From the NCBI GenBank assembly GCA_039630345.1, contig JBCNVD010000034.1:3231-67230 (forward strand): DNA of 64,000 nucleotides. The letters are read 5' to 3'. Position 1 is the stretch's first letter. Each line of letters begins with the position of its first letter. Shown piece by piece: positions 16,533 through 27,261 of the stretch. Below the pieces are notes generated by a model. That model did not search any database. It saw nothing but the letters and a program-made list of their open reading frames with translations, and was not told the origin of the DNA. The position numbers were made by a program, and so were the translations under genes. Source of the stretch: Aquificaceae bacterium (GTDB taxonomy: Bacteria > Aquificota > Aquificia > Aquificales > Aquificaceae).

Positions 16533-17721
16533 GGGTTGGCTTAATTACTACCGGCGTTTGCAAATTGCCCTCTAAAACCTCGGCGGTTTTGTAGCCATTT
16601 CCGGTTATGTAAGCTACCACAACCTCATCTGGCTTTAATAGCCCTTTTGTTGCCAGCTTTTTCAAAACTGCTATGGTCGTCCCGCCTGCGGTTTCTGTAA
16701 AAATCCCCTCTGTTTTTGCAAGTAGCCTGATGCCTTCTATTATCTCTTCGTCAGTTGCTACTTCAAAGCCGCCGTTTGTTTTTCTTGCAACTTCAAGAGC
16801 GTATATTCCGTCTGCCGGGTTACCTATTGCTATGGACTTTGCTATGGTGTTTGGTTTAACAGGGTCTACGAATTTTTTGCCCTCAAGCCACGCTTTTGCA
16901 ACCGGCGAACAACCAAGAGCCTGCGCGCCATAGATTCTGGTATGCATTGAATCTGTGAGTCCGACTTTGAAAAACTCTTCTATGCCTTTATAGACCTTTG
17001 TCAGGAGTGAGCCTGACGCTACCGGAACGACTACCGCATCGGGCACTCGCCAGTTTAGCTGTTCTATTACTTCAAAAGCGAGGGTTTTTGAGCCTTCTGC
17101 ATAGTAAGGTCTTAGGTTAACATTTACAAAAGCCCAGCCAAAGTCGTTTGCTATTTCAGAGCAAAGTCTGTTAACATCATCATAATCGCCCTCAACTGCT
17201 ACCACGGTTGGGTTAAATACTAAACTTCCTATTATTTTCTGGAGCTCTAAGTTTGCAGGTATAAATACAAAGCAGTTAAGACCGGCTTGCGCACAGTGAC
17301 TTGCTACGGAGTTTGCAAGATTTCCAGTTGAAGCACATGCGCCTGTGTCAAATCCCATCTCGATTGCTTTTGATATTGCAACTGCGACTACTCGGTCTTT
17401 GAAAGACAACGTTGGATGATTCACCGAATCGTCTTTTATGTAAAGATTTTTAAGTCCAAGTGCTTCTCCAAGGGATTTTGCGTGCTTTAGAGGGGTAAAG
17501 CCTGCGTGAAAACCAACCTTTGGCTCTGCAGGTAGCAGGTCTTTGTATCTCCATAGGCTTTTTGGTCCTGATTGTATCTTCTCCCTTGAGATTTGGCTTG
17601 CTATTTTTTGATAATCATAAATAGCTTCTAAAGGTCCAAGGCAAAAATCACAAACATGTATAGGCTCGGGCGGGTGCTCTTTGCCACACTCTTTGCACTT
17701 AAGACCTATCAGGTTAAACAT
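16495..17721 (-). CDS. thrC: Threonine synthase
   Basis: N-terminal Zn-ribbon 'CKECGKEH...CDFC', PLP-lysine motif 'PTLSFKDR', 'GNLANSVA'. Confidence 0.9.
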   Translation of the reverse strand: MFNLIGLKCKECGKEHPPEPIHVCDFCLGPLEAIYDYQKIASQISREKIQSGPKSLWRYKDLLPAEPKVGFHAGFTPLKHAKSLGEALGLKNLYIKDDSVNHPTLSFKDRVVAVAISKAIEMGFDTGACASTGNLANSVASHCAQAGLNCFVFIPANLELQKIIGSLVFNPTVVAVEGDYDDVNRLCSEIANDFGWAFVNVNLRPYYAEGSKTLAFEVIEQLNWRVPDAVVVPVASGSLLTKVYKGIEEFFKVGLTDSMHTRIYGAQALGCSPVAKAWLEGKKFVDPVKPNTIAKSIAIGNPADGIYALEVARKTNGGFEVATDEEIIEGIRLLAKTEGIFTETAGGTTIAVLKKLATKGLLKPDEVVVAYITGNGYKTAEVLEGNLQTPVVIKPTLADFKEKVLVNA

Positions 17722-17740
17722 TAGTATTATTATAGTCCCT

Positions 17741-19390
17741 TTACTCTAAAAGGTTTTGATAAACATAGTAGTTGTAAAGAACCTTCTTGACATAATCCCT
17801 AGTTTCTGCAAAGGGTATGTTTTCTATAAAAAGATAAGTATCAGAATAATAAGACCAGGCTCTTGCTCTCGCTGGTCCTGCGTTGTATCCAGCAAGAGCT
17901 CTTGCGTAATCTCCCCCAAGCTGATCAAGGAGCCACTTTAGATACGCGGTTCCTAGCATGATATTGGTCTCTGGCTCATAGATGTCTCTTAGGGGTATGC
18001 CCTCTTTTTTTGCAACTTCCTGGGCTGTGCTATCAAGAAGTTGCATAAGACCTCTTGCGTTTGCGACTGATGTTGCCCTTACGTCAAATAAACTCTCTTG
18101 ACGCATTACCGCGTAAATAAGAGCCGGCTCAATTTTGTAAGTTTGAGAAGCCCTCTCTACAAAGCTTTGAAATGGAGTTGGGTATGCAACTGCGTTATAG
18201 ACATTACTGCCATGGCCAAAACGCCTGACTGACAACCTTATTGCAAGATTTGGATCAAAAGAGGCAATACTTATAATGTCTGCTGCTGATAGCTCCTCGA
18301 GTCTTTTAAAGGCTTCTCTTCTATAATATAGAGGAAACTCTTCCCTTATCAACCTTATCAAAGAGGCGGTTTTGGGCATTCCACTGTCTTTTAAAACAGC
18401 TTTGAGAGCTCTATTGTGAATAGGAACCCCAACTTCTTTGCTTGCAATTGCCTGATAAAAACCTGAACCGGAAGTTGCCTTCACCAGATTTTCGCTAGCG
18501 CTTGAAACACCAAGGGCGCTTTTGCATCTATATATCCAGAAATGCGCCGCGGTTTTTTCTTCTTTGTTTTGAGATAGCTCTAAAGATTTTAAAAAACTAT
18601 CAAGAGCTCTTTGATAGTCATTTAGTGCAAAGTAACAAAGACCTAAGTTAAATTCCTTTCTATAACTTGGTTTCATCTCATTCAGGACCTCTATTGCCAG
18701 GCTTGAGGCTCCTCTTTGCATTGAGATTCTTGCTATCCTGAAGCGTGCATTGTCGACTATATTTTCATCTTTTATTAGCGCAAGGGTTTGAAGCGCCCTT
18801 TCGTTTTGTCCCTGTTCAAATAACATCACTACCAGGTCTTCTTTTGCGTTTGGGTCCTGACAGTTTTGAAGGGTGTTTATGGCCTGGGGCATTCTCAGAG
18901 CTCTTTGAGAGCGAGAGAGCAAATAACAATGTTCTGCTGGGGAGTGGCGCTCAATAAGCGCTATTGCTTCCTGATGCATTCTTCTTCTCTGGAGCTCTGA
19001 GGCGACTTTTTTAACCTCTTCCGGTTCTAATCTAACTTCCGGGATAAACTCTTTAAAGAGAATCGGGTCTTTTATAACTGCAACTTTGGGGTCAAGCCCG
19101 AGTTCTTTCCAGAGTCTCAGGAGCTGGGGTTTTAAATCATCGCGCAAAGAGCGTGGATTTACAGAGAGCAGGAGATTGATTGCAGTGCTTTTTTGAATCT
19201 TGCCGGGAGTTACCTCGTTTGCTAACATTAGCTTTAAATCATCTGCAAAAACCGCATCGGGATACTCTTTCAAAATTCTTAGCCCCAGATTTACATCTCT
19301 TGATGCCATATATTCTTTTAAAAGTGCGTATTCGCGCGGTAGCGCGTTGCAGGATAAAATAAAAATTAGCAGGGTTATGAAAATTTTCAT
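17741..19390 (-). CDS. slt: Soluble lytic murein transglycosylase (Slt70-like)
   Basis: Signal peptide, TPR-like superhelical N-domain, and SLT catalytic motif 'MRQESLFDVRATSVANARGLMQL...AGYNAGP'. Confidence 0.8.
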   Translation of the reverse strand: MKIFITLLIFILSCNALPREYALLKEYMASRDVNLGLRILKEYPDAVFADDLKLMLANEVTPGKIQKSTAINLLLSVNPRSLRDDLKPQLLRLWKELGLDPKVAVIKDPILFKEFIPEVRLEPEEVKKVASELQRRRMHQEAIALIERHSPAEHCYLLSRSQRALRMPQAINTLQNCQDPNAKEDLVVMLFEQGQNERALQTLALIKDENIVDNARFRIARISMQRGASSLAIEVLNEMKPSYRKEFNLGLCYFALNDYQRALDSFLKSLELSQNKEEKTAAHFWIYRCKSALGVSSASENLVKATSGSGFYQAIASKEVGVPIHNRALKAVLKDSGMPKTASLIRLIREEFPLYYRREAFKRLEELSAADIISIASFDPNLAIRLSVRRFGHGSNVYNAVAYPTPFQSFVERASQTYKIEPALIYAVMRQESLFDVRATSVANARGLMQLLDSTAQEVAKKEGIPLRDIYEPETNIMLGTAYLKWLLDQLGGDYARALAGYNAGPARARAWSYYSDTYLFIENIPFAETRDYVKKVLYNYYVYQNLLE

Positions 19391-19791
19391 GAAACGATAC
19401 TGATTAGTAGAATGATAATTATTCCAAAAAAGAGATTAATAGCTATAAGTGGTGGTATTGAGCTTAGTTTCATTCGCCTAAAAAGATAAAGATGTATGTA
19501 AGAAAAAATCAAAAACATAACGCTGAAGAGAAATAGCTTTATGTGAAAAAGGGGATTTTCGCCAAGGTCTGGTCTCCTGCCGTGCCAAAGCCCCATTCCG
19601 GTTACAAAAAGAGCCAGTATGGAAACCCACACGGCAAGGAAAAATCGCGAGAAAACCCCTTTAAGGAGAATGCTTTGTTGCTCTTTTGGGAGAGATTTTA
19701 AGGCAGGTCTTAGGAAAAAGAAGCTATAAATCATCCCTCCTATCCAGAGGGATGCAAAAACGAGATGCAAAAACAGAAGACTATTCGCCAT
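19387..19791 (-). CDS. Small four-TM membrane protein (CopD/DUF4149-like)
   Basis: 134 aa, hydrophobic, starting 'LLFLHLVFASLWIGGMIY'. The family call is weak. Confidence 0.4.
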   Translation of the reverse strand: MANSLLFLHLVFASLWIGGMIYSFFFLRPALKSLPKEQQSILLKGVFSRFFLAVWVSILALFVTGMGLWHGRRPDLGENPLFHIKLFLFSVMFLIFSYIHLYLFRRMKLSSIPPLIAINLFFGIIIILLISIVS

Positions 19792-20011
19792 TGTTTTCAG
19801 GCTTTACCCTCAGGGGGACAACTCTGCTGTCTGCTATATCAACTATCGCCTGAAAGGTTTTCTTAAGAAGCTCGTTTTTCTGTCTGTCTTTTATAAAAAT
19901 ATCTTCGTCTCTCTCAAGTAACTTGGCAGTGCGTTTTGCCGCAGCATGCACAAGCTCATATCTCGAGCTTACATTCTTTAGAGCCTTTTCAATCGGCGGT
20001 AGTTCGCTCAT
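19781..20011 (-). CDS. rpoZ: DNA-directed RNA polymerase omega subunit
   Basis: Start at the ATG at 20011, preceded by 'ggaggttaaaa'. Contains 'SRYELVHAAAKRTAKLL'. Confidence 0.8.
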   Translation of the reverse strand: MSELPPIEKALKNVSSRYELVHAAAKRTAKLLERDEDIFIKDRQKNELLKKTFQAIVDIADSRVVPLRVKPENNGE

Positions 20012-21896
20012 TTTTAACCTCCATCCATCTAAAATTTTCAAAATGCCACATACTTATCCTTTTGTCAAGCTCTAGACCGGCGTTAAATTCCCTAACCAGA
20101 TCAGATAGCGTATCTACATCTTGCGGTTTTTTGTAAAGTTCTTGTATAGCTTCGTCTATAAAGTATCCAAGGAGTTCTGCATTATCTCTTTTAAAATCAA
20201 TCTCAAGAGCTTTTAGCATCTTGTTAGCTCTTTCGTAATTTTTCTCTCTCAGAGCTCTTAAGAACTCAAGGCTTTGTAAAACCCCTTTTGCATAATCTGA
20301 AAAACCCTTAAGATTGCTATTTGCAAGCGCTTCAAGGAGCTTTTTATCATAAAGCATCATCTCTTCACGGCTAAGTCGCCAAAGGAGCTCTTCTGGAAGC
20401 TCTACTTCATCAGCTTCTAAAACTGTCTTTTCCAGGGTTAGTCTGTTTTTGAGAGCTATCTTGTTTGATTTTATTTTATATTCAAAATAACCAAAGCGCC
20501 CTTCGGGCGGAAAAACCTGCATCTCTATCATACTTCTTAAGAAGAAAGCAATTTGCTCCTCTTTTATGACCCTTTTAAGAACCAGCTTTTGCCAAACTTC
20601 AAGTCCACCCAAGGCATAGATGTTGCTCTGAGCCTCTGAGATAATTTTTAAAAACTCCCTCTCTATCTCCGGGGCTTCAAGGAGGTCAATTGCCCTTTTG
20701 GCAAAAAGCAGATTTCTTACCGTTTCTATCCCTGAAAGCTCGGCAAAAAACCACCCATCTGAAGAGAATGCATAGCTAACAAACTTATAAGCCCCAAGCA
20801 TTTTCAGGGCTTTTATCTTCTCATTGGGTTTTAGCTTCCTCTTTTGGTGCTTTTTTATAAATTCTTCCGCGTCAACACCCATAATCACATCTACGTAATC
20901 AAGCAACGCTTCATAAGGGTCTTTAAATACCCCCTCAAGAACCTCAAAGAGAGATTTTTTAACATAGCTTCTTAAATACTCAAGGGCTTTTCTTAACGGC
21001 TCTCTCCATTTTTGATGCCAGTTTTCCTCTCCACCTGTAGAGCATCCGCAGTCGCTCTTCCAGCGCTCAACCCCGTGGACACAGCTCCAGGAGGTCATCT
21101 CGTTAATATCGCAATCAGATGGTTTTAATAATTTTCTTACCTCTTTGAGTGTTTTTAAATATGGGCAGGATTTTAACACTCTATGTAGCCACAGCTCTGA
21201 AAACTTATGGTGATGTCCAAAGGTCTCTCCATCCAGGGCAATGAGCGAAAACCCCTTGCCGTGGCTTATGCTTTTGCAAAACTCATCCGCGCTTTTAAGG
21301 AGTTTCCCAAAGGCAACCCCGTGCGACAGCTCTGCATCGTAGACAAATATATCAATCTCCCCGCTCTGGGTTTTGTAGCGCAAATATCCAGACCCCTTGT
21401 TAACTTGATGCGGTGCAAGAATTATCCACGAAATTCCCTCCTCTACAAGTATCGACAGGGACTTTTTATCAACTGCAAGCTCAGGAAGCCAGAAACCTTC
21501 TGGATAGATTCCAAAGACTTTTTCAAAAGCCCTTATGCCCCAGACTATTTGCACCTTTTTATCCTCAGGGGGGTCAAGCGCCAGTATCGTGTGATTAAAC
21601 CCGCAAGCTATGGCGTTTTGAGAAAACTCTTTTAGCTTCTTAATATACCACTCTCGCTCGCTTATAAGCCAGCTTAGAAGCGTATGGCTAAAATTAAAAC
21701 TTATAAGGGAAAATGTCGGCAATATTTCTGTGCTATCCTTTTCATGGGCAAACATATGCGCAAGATAAGACTCTCTAAAGATTCTTTCGTTCCAGTTTTT
21801 GAAAGGAAAAGCAGACTCTTCTATCTCAAATATACCTGTGTATGGATTTTCCCTCGGCGGTTGATGGAAATGACAATGAAAACTCAGCATTCTCAT
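19989..21896 (-). CDS. Glycoside hydrolase family 57 protein with a C-terminal DUF3536-like region
   Basis: 'LSFHCHFHQPPRE' N-terminus, 'DGETFGHH' catalytic region, 635 aa. Its 3' end overlaps the rpoZ start by 23 nt. Confidence 0.75.
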   Translation of the reverse strand: MRMLSFHCHFHQPPRENPYTGIFEIEESAFPFKNWNERIFRESYLAHMFAHEKDSTEILPTFSLISFNFSHTLLSWLISEREWYIKKLKEFSQNAIACGFNHTILALDPPEDKKVQIVWGIRAFEKVFGIYPEGFWLPELAVDKKSLSILVEEGISWIILAPHQVNKGSGYLRYKTQSGEIDIFVYDAELSHGVAFGKLLKSADEFCKSISHGKGFSLIALDGETFGHHHKFSELWLHRVLKSCPYLKTLKEVRKLLKPSDCDINEMTSWSCVHGVERWKSDCGCSTGGEENWHQKWREPLRKALEYLRSYVKKSLFEVLEGVFKDPYEALLDYVDVIMGVDAEEFIKKHQKRKLKPNEKIKALKMLGAYKFVSYAFSSDGWFFAELSGIETVRNLLFAKRAIDLLEAPEIEREFLKIISEAQSNIYALGGLEVWQKLVLKRVIKEEQIAFFLRSMIEMQVFPPEGRFGYFEYKIKSNKIALKNRLTLEKTVLEADEVELPEELLWRLSREEMMLYDKKLLEALANSNLKGFSDYAKGVLQSLEFLRALREKNYERANKMLKALEIDFKRDNAELLGYFIDEAIQELYKKPQDVDTLSDLVREFNAGLELDKRISMWHFENFRWMEVKNERTTAD

Positions 21897-22840
21897 CCTG
21901 AAAATATGCCCATTTTGCTAAACTTTTCCAGCCTCTTTTCAAGGAGCATCTTTTTATCCATTTTAATTAGCTCTTTTATGGTTTTTCTTAAAAAATATTT
22001 TAAAATCCGCGCGCTTGCGCGCGCGTTCCAGTGACTTGCTCCCCAGGGTTCCGGGACTATGCAATCGATAACCCCGAGCTTTTTAAGGTCTTTTGATGTA
22101 AGCTTTAGAGCTCTTGAGGCTTCGCGCACCTTGCTCTGGTCTTTCCACAAAATAGCGGCGCATCCTTCGGGAGATATAACAGAATAGACAGCATTTTCAA
22201 ACATCAACACCCTATCTGTTGCCGCAAGCGCAAGAGCCCCGCCAGAACCCCCTTCTCCTATAATCACCGAGATTGTGGGAACTTTTAGATTCAGTAAAGT
22301 AATTATGCACTCTGCAATCGCCTGTGCCTGACCTCTCTCTTCTGCACCAACACCTGGATATGCCCCTGGGGTGTCAATTAAGGTAATAAGCGGCAAAGAC
22401 CAGCTCTCTGCGAGTTTTGCCACTCTGATTGCTTTTCTATAGCCTTCTGGATGGGGCATGCCAAAGTTTCGCTCAAGTTTCTCCTTGGTGGTTTTCCCTC
22501 TCTCCTGGGCTATTATCGCAACCGGCAGAGAATCTATAAATCCAACCCCGGCGACTATAGCCCTGTCGTCACCAAAGGCTCTATCTCCGTGAAGCTCTAA
22601 AAATCTTTGGATAATATACTCAAGGTAATCTTTTGCTCTCGGTCTTTGCGGATGGCGGGCAGTCTGGACCTTATCCCATGGGTCTAGTTTTTTATATATC
22701 TCTCTTGCCCTTTTTTTAAACTCTCTTTGCAATCTTCTGAGCTCTGGCTCGTGGGTTTTTTCTCCAAAGGAATAGAGCCTTAGAAGATGCTGGATCCTCT
22801 GGTTTAGTTCGCTTAGCTCCTTTTCAAAGCCAGAGACCAT
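21893..22840 (-). CDS. accA: Acetyl-CoA carboxylase carboxyltransferase alpha subunit
   Basis: 'RHPQRPRAKDY', 'FGMPHPEGYRKA', 'LITLIDTPGAYPG', 'IGEGGSGGALA'. Confidence 0.9.
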   Translation of the reverse strand: MVSGFEKELSELNQRIQHLLRLYSFGEKTHEPELRRLQREFKKRAREIYKKLDPWDKVQTARHPQRPRAKDYLEYIIQRFLELHGDRAFGDDRAIVAGVGFIDSLPVAIIAQERGKTTKEKLERNFGMPHPEGYRKAIRVAKLAESWSLPLITLIDTPGAYPGVGAEERGQAQAIAECIITLLNLKVPTISVIIGEGGSGGALALAATDRVLMFENAVYSVISPEGCAAILWKDQSKVREASRALKLTSKDLKKLGVIDCIVPEPWGASHWNARASARILKYFLRKTIKELIKMDKKMLLEKRLEKFSKMGIFSG

Positions 22841-22856
22841 TTTGCTATTATAGACC

Positions 22857-22929
22857 TAGGCACGGGCGGACTCGAACCGCCGACCTCCTCCTTGTAAGGG
22901 AGGCGCTCTCCCAGCTGAGCTACGCGCCT
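22857..22929 (-). tRNA. tRNA-Val (UAC)
   Basis: Hand fold on the minus strand: acceptor aggcgcg/cgtgcct, D arm gctc-agctggga-gagc, anticodon stem cctcc/ggagg with loop ctTACaa, T arm ggcgg-ttcgagt-ccgcc. CCA is not encoded. Confidence 0.9.
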
Positions 22930-22947
22930 TAAAGATATAATTTTACT

Positions 22948-23373
22948 GTGAACTACGAAGAAGAGTGTCTTAAACTCGCGAAGAGGGCAAAAGACCTCAA
23001 CGAGGTGCCAGTAGGCTGCATAATAGTAAAAGAAGAATCTATAATATCAAAAGCACATAATCTTGTGCAGACCCTGAAAGACCCTACGGCGCATGCGGAG
23101 ATGCTGGCTCTAAGAGGTGCTTTTAAAACCCTTGGGAGAAAATATCTAAATGACTGCGAGGTTTATGTAACCCTTGAGCCATGCCCTATGTGTGCCTGGG
23201 CTCTTGCCCTTGCACGGGTAAGAAGAGTGACCTTCCTTGCCCTTGATGAGCGTCAGGGTGCAGTAATGAGCAACTGGGGGCTTCTTGACCAGGCAAGAAT
23301 AAGCTGGGAATATAAGCCTTTTGAAATCGCTTCAAGGCTCATCTCTGAGTTTTTCAAAACCCTGAGGGTTTAG
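22948..23373 (+). CDS. tadA: tRNA-specific adenosine deaminase
   Basis: GTG start. 'HAEMLAL' and 'PCPMCAWAL' CDA zinc motifs. 141 aa. Confidence 0.85.
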   Translation: MNYEEECLKLAKRAKDLNEVPVGCIIVKEESIISKAHNLVQTLKDPTAHAEMLALRGAFKTLGRKYLNDCEVYVTLEPCPMCAWALALARVRRVTFLALDERQGAVMSNWGLLDQARISWEYKPFEIASRLISEFFKTLRV

Positions 23374-23375
23374 AT

Positions 23376-24815
23376 ATGTTTCTTGTAACAACTCCTATTT
23401 ACTATGTCAACGATGAACCGCACATAGGGCATTTTTACACAACGCTGGCTGCAGATGTCCTTGCAAGATATCATAGAGCTCTTGGTGAAAAGGTGTTTTT
23501 CCTCACTGGCACTGACGAGCATGGACTTAAGATGCAAAAGGCAGCTCAGGAAAGAGGTCTTGACCCCAAAGAACTTGCAGACAAAAACGCAGGTATTTTT
23601 AAATCCCTGTGGGATGAACTCGGCATAAGCTATGATAGATTTATAAGAACAACCGAAAAAGACCACATAGAGCTCGTTAAAGAAGTCTTTACAAAGTGCA
23701 AAGAAAATGGCTTTATATACAAAGGTGAATATTCAGGCTGGTATTGTGTAGGGTGTGAAGAATTTAAACCCGAAAGCGAACTACTCGAAGGAAACGCCTG
23801 TCCCATACACTTAAAGCCCTGCGAATACATAAGCGAACCAACTTATTTTTTTAGACTCAGCGCTTTTGGGGATTTTTTAAAAGACTTTCTAAATAGCAAC
23901 GCGGTTATGCCAAAAGAGAGGGTCAAAGAGATGCTATCTTTTATACAGGAAGGACTAAAAGACCTCTCTGTAACCCGCCCTCGCTCAAGAGTCAGCTGGG
24001 GAATACCTGTTCCTTTTGATAAAGACCATACCATATATGTCTGGTTTGACGCTCTTTTTAACTATGTTTCAGGGCTACCCTCCTGGCCTGCAAGCTTGCA
24101 TCTTGTGGGCAAAGACATTCTTCGCTTCCACTCTCTATATTGGCCCTCTTTTTTAAACTCTATAGGCTTTCAACTCCCTCAGAGGATATTTGCCCACGGC
24201 TGGTGGAAAGTAGAAGGTCAGAAAATGTCAAAATCTCTGGGTAATGTCTTAAAGCCTCTTGACCTTGTTAGAGATTTTGGTCTTGACGAAATCAGATATT
24301 TTCTCCTAAGGGAAATACCCTTTGGCGATGATGGGGATATATCCAAAGATGCAATCTTAAGAAGGATTAACGCAGAACTCTCTAATAATGTTGGAAATCT
24401 CTATAGCAGGGTAGTAGGCATTGCTACAAAATTTGGAAAGTCCAGTATAACTGGCGTTAAGGACATAAACTATTGCCAAAGAGCAGAAGAGTTTGTTAAA
24501 TCTTACCACGATAAGATGGCGAATGTTGACTTTTATGGGGCTTTGGAGGAAGTTATGAGTTTTTGTATGTTTTTAAATAAGTATGTAGATACCAAAGCCC
24601 CCTGGGCTTTAAGTGACGAAGATGCAATTTTAAATACTCTCTACGCCCTGTTTGATGGGATTTGTCTTGTATGTTCCTCCTTAGAGCCATTTATGCCAAA
24701 TAAGATGAGGGTTGCTCTTTCTGCAATTGGGGTCGAGGAGCCTATTTTCGCTCCCTGTGAAAAGCCATCTTACAGAGTAATTAACAAATTAACGCTCTTT
24801 CCAAGAAGGGCTTAA
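23376..24815 (+). CDS. metG: Methionyl-tRNA synthetase (short form without the C-terminal tRNA-binding domain)
   Basis: 'PHIGH' (HIGH), 'KMSKSLGN' (KMSKS), Zn knuckle 'CVGCEEF...CPIH'. 479 aa. Confidence 0.9.
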   Translation: MFLVTTPIYYVNDEPHIGHFYTTLAADVLARYHRALGEKVFFLTGTDEHGLKMQKAAQERGLDPKELADKNAGIFKSLWDELGISYDRFIRTTEKDHIELVKEVFTKCKENGFIYKGEYSGWYCVGCEEFKPESELLEGNACPIHLKPCEYISEPTYFFRLSAFGDFLKDFLNSNAVMPKERVKEMLSFIQEGLKDLSVTRPRSRVSWGIPVPFDKDHTIYVWFDALFNYVSGLPSWPASLHLVGKDILRFHSLYWPSFLNSIGFQLPQRIFAHGWWKVEGQKMSKSLGNVLKPLDLVRDFGLDEIRYFLLREIPFGDDGDISKDAILRRINAELSNNVGNLYSRVVGIATKFGKSSITGVKDINYCQRAEEFVKSYHDKMANVDFYGALEEVMSFCMFLNKYVDTKAPWALSDEDAILNTLYALFDGICLVCSSLEPFMPNKMRVALSAIGVEEPIFAPCEKPSYRVINKLTLFPRRA

Positions 24816-24819
24816 ATAA

Positions 24820-26028
24820 ATGCGGACAGTTGTTTTAAAGTTTGGCGGGACATCTGTTGCAGACCTTGAGAGGATTGAAAACGCCGCAAGGCGGGTAATT
24901 AACAAACTAAAAGAGGGAAAAAGGGTGGTTGTGGTAACCTCCGCAATGGCAGGGGAAACCGATAATTTGCTTGCTCTTGCTTTTCAAAAGGGTAAAAATG
25001 TAAGTTTAAGAGAAGTTGACGCTCTTGTTTCAACAGGCGAGCAAAGATCTGCGTCTCTTTTTGCAATAACTCTCCAGAGACTTGGTTATAGTGCCAAAAG
25101 TCTTTGCGGTTGGCAGGTTCCTGTTTATACCGATAACCTCCATACAAAAGCAAGAATCATTGGCGTTAAAACCGAGAGAATCTTGAAAGAACTTGATGAG
25201 GGTGTCGTGCCTGTCGTTACGGGTTTTCAAGGGGTTAGCGAAGAGGGTGATATAACAACCCTTGGCAGGGGTGGGTCTGACCTCTCTGCGGTGGCTCTTG
25301 CCCACGCGCTATGCGCGGATTGTGAAATTTATACAGATGTAGAAGGTGTTTTCAGTGCAGACCCAAGGATAGTGAGCAATGCCAGAAAGGTAAGCAGGAT
25401 TTCTTACGAGGAGATGCTCGAGATGGCATCTCAGGGTGCTAAAGTTATGCAATCAAGGAGTGTTGAATACGCCATGAAATATGGCGTCAGGATACATGTA
25501 AGGAGTTCTTTTACTGAAGCTGAAGGCACCTGGATATTACCGGAGGAGGAAGTAATGGAAAAGCCAGAAGTGAGGGCAATTACGCTTGATAGAAACGAAT
25601 GCAGGATTACTCTCGTTGGGGTTGAGGATAGACCGGGTATAGCTTACGAAGTTTTTAGCGCACTCGGTCAGGCTCATATAGTAGTTGATATGATAGTTCA
25701 GAATGTATCGCATCAGGGCTTTACTGATCTTTCTTTCACTGTCAATAGGGGCGAGCAATCCAGAGCTTTTGAAATTGTCAAAGAAGTTGCTAAAAAAATT
25801 GGCGCAAAAGATGCTGTTTTGGATGACAAAATAGCCAAAATATCAGTCGTTGGCATAGGCATGAGGAGCTCTTATGGCACTGCAGCAAGGGTTTTTGAAG
25901 TTCTATATAAACTTGGAATTAACATAATGGCAATATCAACCTCGGAAATAAAAATATCCTGTCTTATAGAGGAAAAGTATGGCGAGCTGGCTTTGAGAGA
26001 GCTCCATCAGGTCTTTATAGAGCAATGA
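24820..26028 (+). CDS. lysC: Aspartate kinase
   Basis: 'VLKFGGTSV', 'GRGGSDLSA', and two C-terminal ACT domains. Confidence 0.9.
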   Translation: MRTVVLKFGGTSVADLERIENAARRVINKLKEGKRVVVVTSAMAGETDNLLALAFQKGKNVSLREVDALVSTGEQRSASLFAITLQRLGYSAKSLCGWQVPVYTDNLHTKARIIGVKTERILKELDEGVVPVVTGFQGVSEEGDITTLGRGGSDLSAVALAHALCADCEIYTDVEGVFSADPRIVSNARKVSRISYEEMLEMASQGAKVMQSRSVEYAMKYGVRIHVRSSFTEAEGTWILPEEEVMEKPEVRAITLDRNECRITLVGVEDRPGIAYEVFSALGQAHIVVDMIVQNVSHQGFTDLSFTVNRGEQSRAFEIVKEVAKKIGAKDAVLDDKIAKISVVGIGMRSSYGTAARVFEVLYKLGINIMAISTSEIKISCLIEEKYGELALRELHQVFIEQ

Positions 26029-26960
26029 GGGCGAAAGCCCTTGAGGTGCTTGAAGGTTTCAAATCTCTCAGGGTTTTTGTTGTTGGGGATGTTATCCTTG
26101 ATAGATACATCTTTGGAAAGGTCGAGAGAATCTCTCCAGAGGCTCCTGTACCGGTTTTGGAAGTAACTGGCGAAGACTTTCGCCTTGGCGGTGCAGGAAA
26201 TGTAGCTCTTAATCTCAAAAATTTGGGAGCTGAAGTTAGTATCTTTGGTGCTTTGGGAGACGACGAAGCCGGGAAAAAGGTAAGACAGCTTCTTTATCAA
26301 AACCAGATAGAGGATTTTACAATTCAGGATAGCAGGCGCACAACCCAAAAGATAAGAGCTGTAGGCCTATCCCAGCAGCTTCTCAGACTTGATTACGAAG
26401 ATAGAATAAAAATAAGCGATAGCGGTCTAAAAGAGCTGGAAAGTGCCCTTTCAAGATGGGAAGGAGACGGGATTGTAATTTCAGACTACTACAAAGGGGT
26501 TATATCTGACAAAGTGATGGAGATAGTGAGGCGAAAAAATCTGCCCATAGTAGTAGACCCAAGACCAAACAATGCGCATTTATATAAAGGTGTTAGCCTG
26601 ATAACCCCCAATGAAAAAGAGGCAAGGTCTATACTAAATTTGTCAAATTTAGAAGAGCTTGGCTGGTCAATCAAGAGAGAGCTTGAGCTAAAGGCCTTGA
26701 TGATTACTCTCGGTCCAAGAGGTATAGCTCTTTTTGAGGAGGGTTTTAAAATCTTTCCAGCGAAGGCAAGACAGGTATTTGATGTTTCGGGTGCAGGTGA
26801 TACTGTCTGCGCTGTTGCAAGTCTTTGTCTTTTTTTGAAAGAGAGTCTGTCACTTGCCTGTGAGCTTGCAAATTTAGCTGCGGGAGTGGTTGTTGCAAAA
26901 CTGGGAACTTATGCGATAAGTTCCAGGGAGCTCGAACTTGCAATCAGGCAAGAGCTTTGA
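26025..26960 (+). CDS. rfaE: Ribokinase-family sugar kinase, RfaE domain I-like (D-glycero-beta-D-manno-heptose-7-phosphate kinase)
   Basis: '[22 protein letters not shown]', 'GGAGNVA', C-terminal 'DVSGAGDTV'. ATGA overlap with lysC. Confidence 0.75.
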   Translation: MRAKALEVLEGFKSLRVFVVGDVILDRYIFGKVERISPEAPVPVLEVTGEDFRLGGAGNVALNLKNLGAEVSIFGALGDDEAGKKVRQLLYQNQIEDFTIQDSRRTTQKIRAVGLSQQLLRLDYEDRIKISDSGLKELESALSRWEGDGIVISDYYKGVISDKVMEIVRRKNLPIVVDPRPNNAHLYKGVSLITPNEKEARSILNLSNLEELGWSIKRELELKALMITLGPRGIALFEEGFKIFPAKARQVFDVSGAGDTVCAVASLCLFLKESLSLACELANLAAGVVVAKLGTYAISSRELELAIRQEL

Positions 26961-27261
26961 GGATATTGCTCTTAGTTACCTTCAATCCGCTGGTTATACG
27001 CTTGTTTGCAGGAATTTTAGGTGTCAAGATGGGGAGATAGACCTCATAGTTAGATATGGCGAATTGCTTGTTTTCGTAGAGGTCAAAGGCTCAAGGTATC
27101 TAAATCCAATTGAGAGAATAGGCAGGAGAAAACTTAAAAATCTTGTCTCCTGTATAGAGCAATATCTTAGCAAAAATCCACACTATGGTGATGTGAGACT
27201 GGATGTTATATGTATAAGTGCCAAAGGCTTAAGTCATTTAAGAGGTATTGAGATAGATTAG
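26938..27261 (+). CDS. yraN: YraN family (UPF0102) endonuclease-like protein
   Basis: TTG start. 'GEIDLIV....LVFVEVK' PD-(D/E)xK-like core. 107 aa. Confidence 0.7.
   Translation: MQSGKSFEDIALSYLQSAGYTLVCRNFRCQDGEIDLIVRYGELLVFVEVKGSRYLNPIERIGRRKLKNLVSCIEQYLSKNPHYGDVRLDVICISAKGLSHLRGIEID

Noticed and set aside
21207-21635. 142-aa and 61-aa + strand ORFs inside the GH57 gene
   Set aside because: They are antisense to a 635-aa gene with clear family motifs and have no independent signals.
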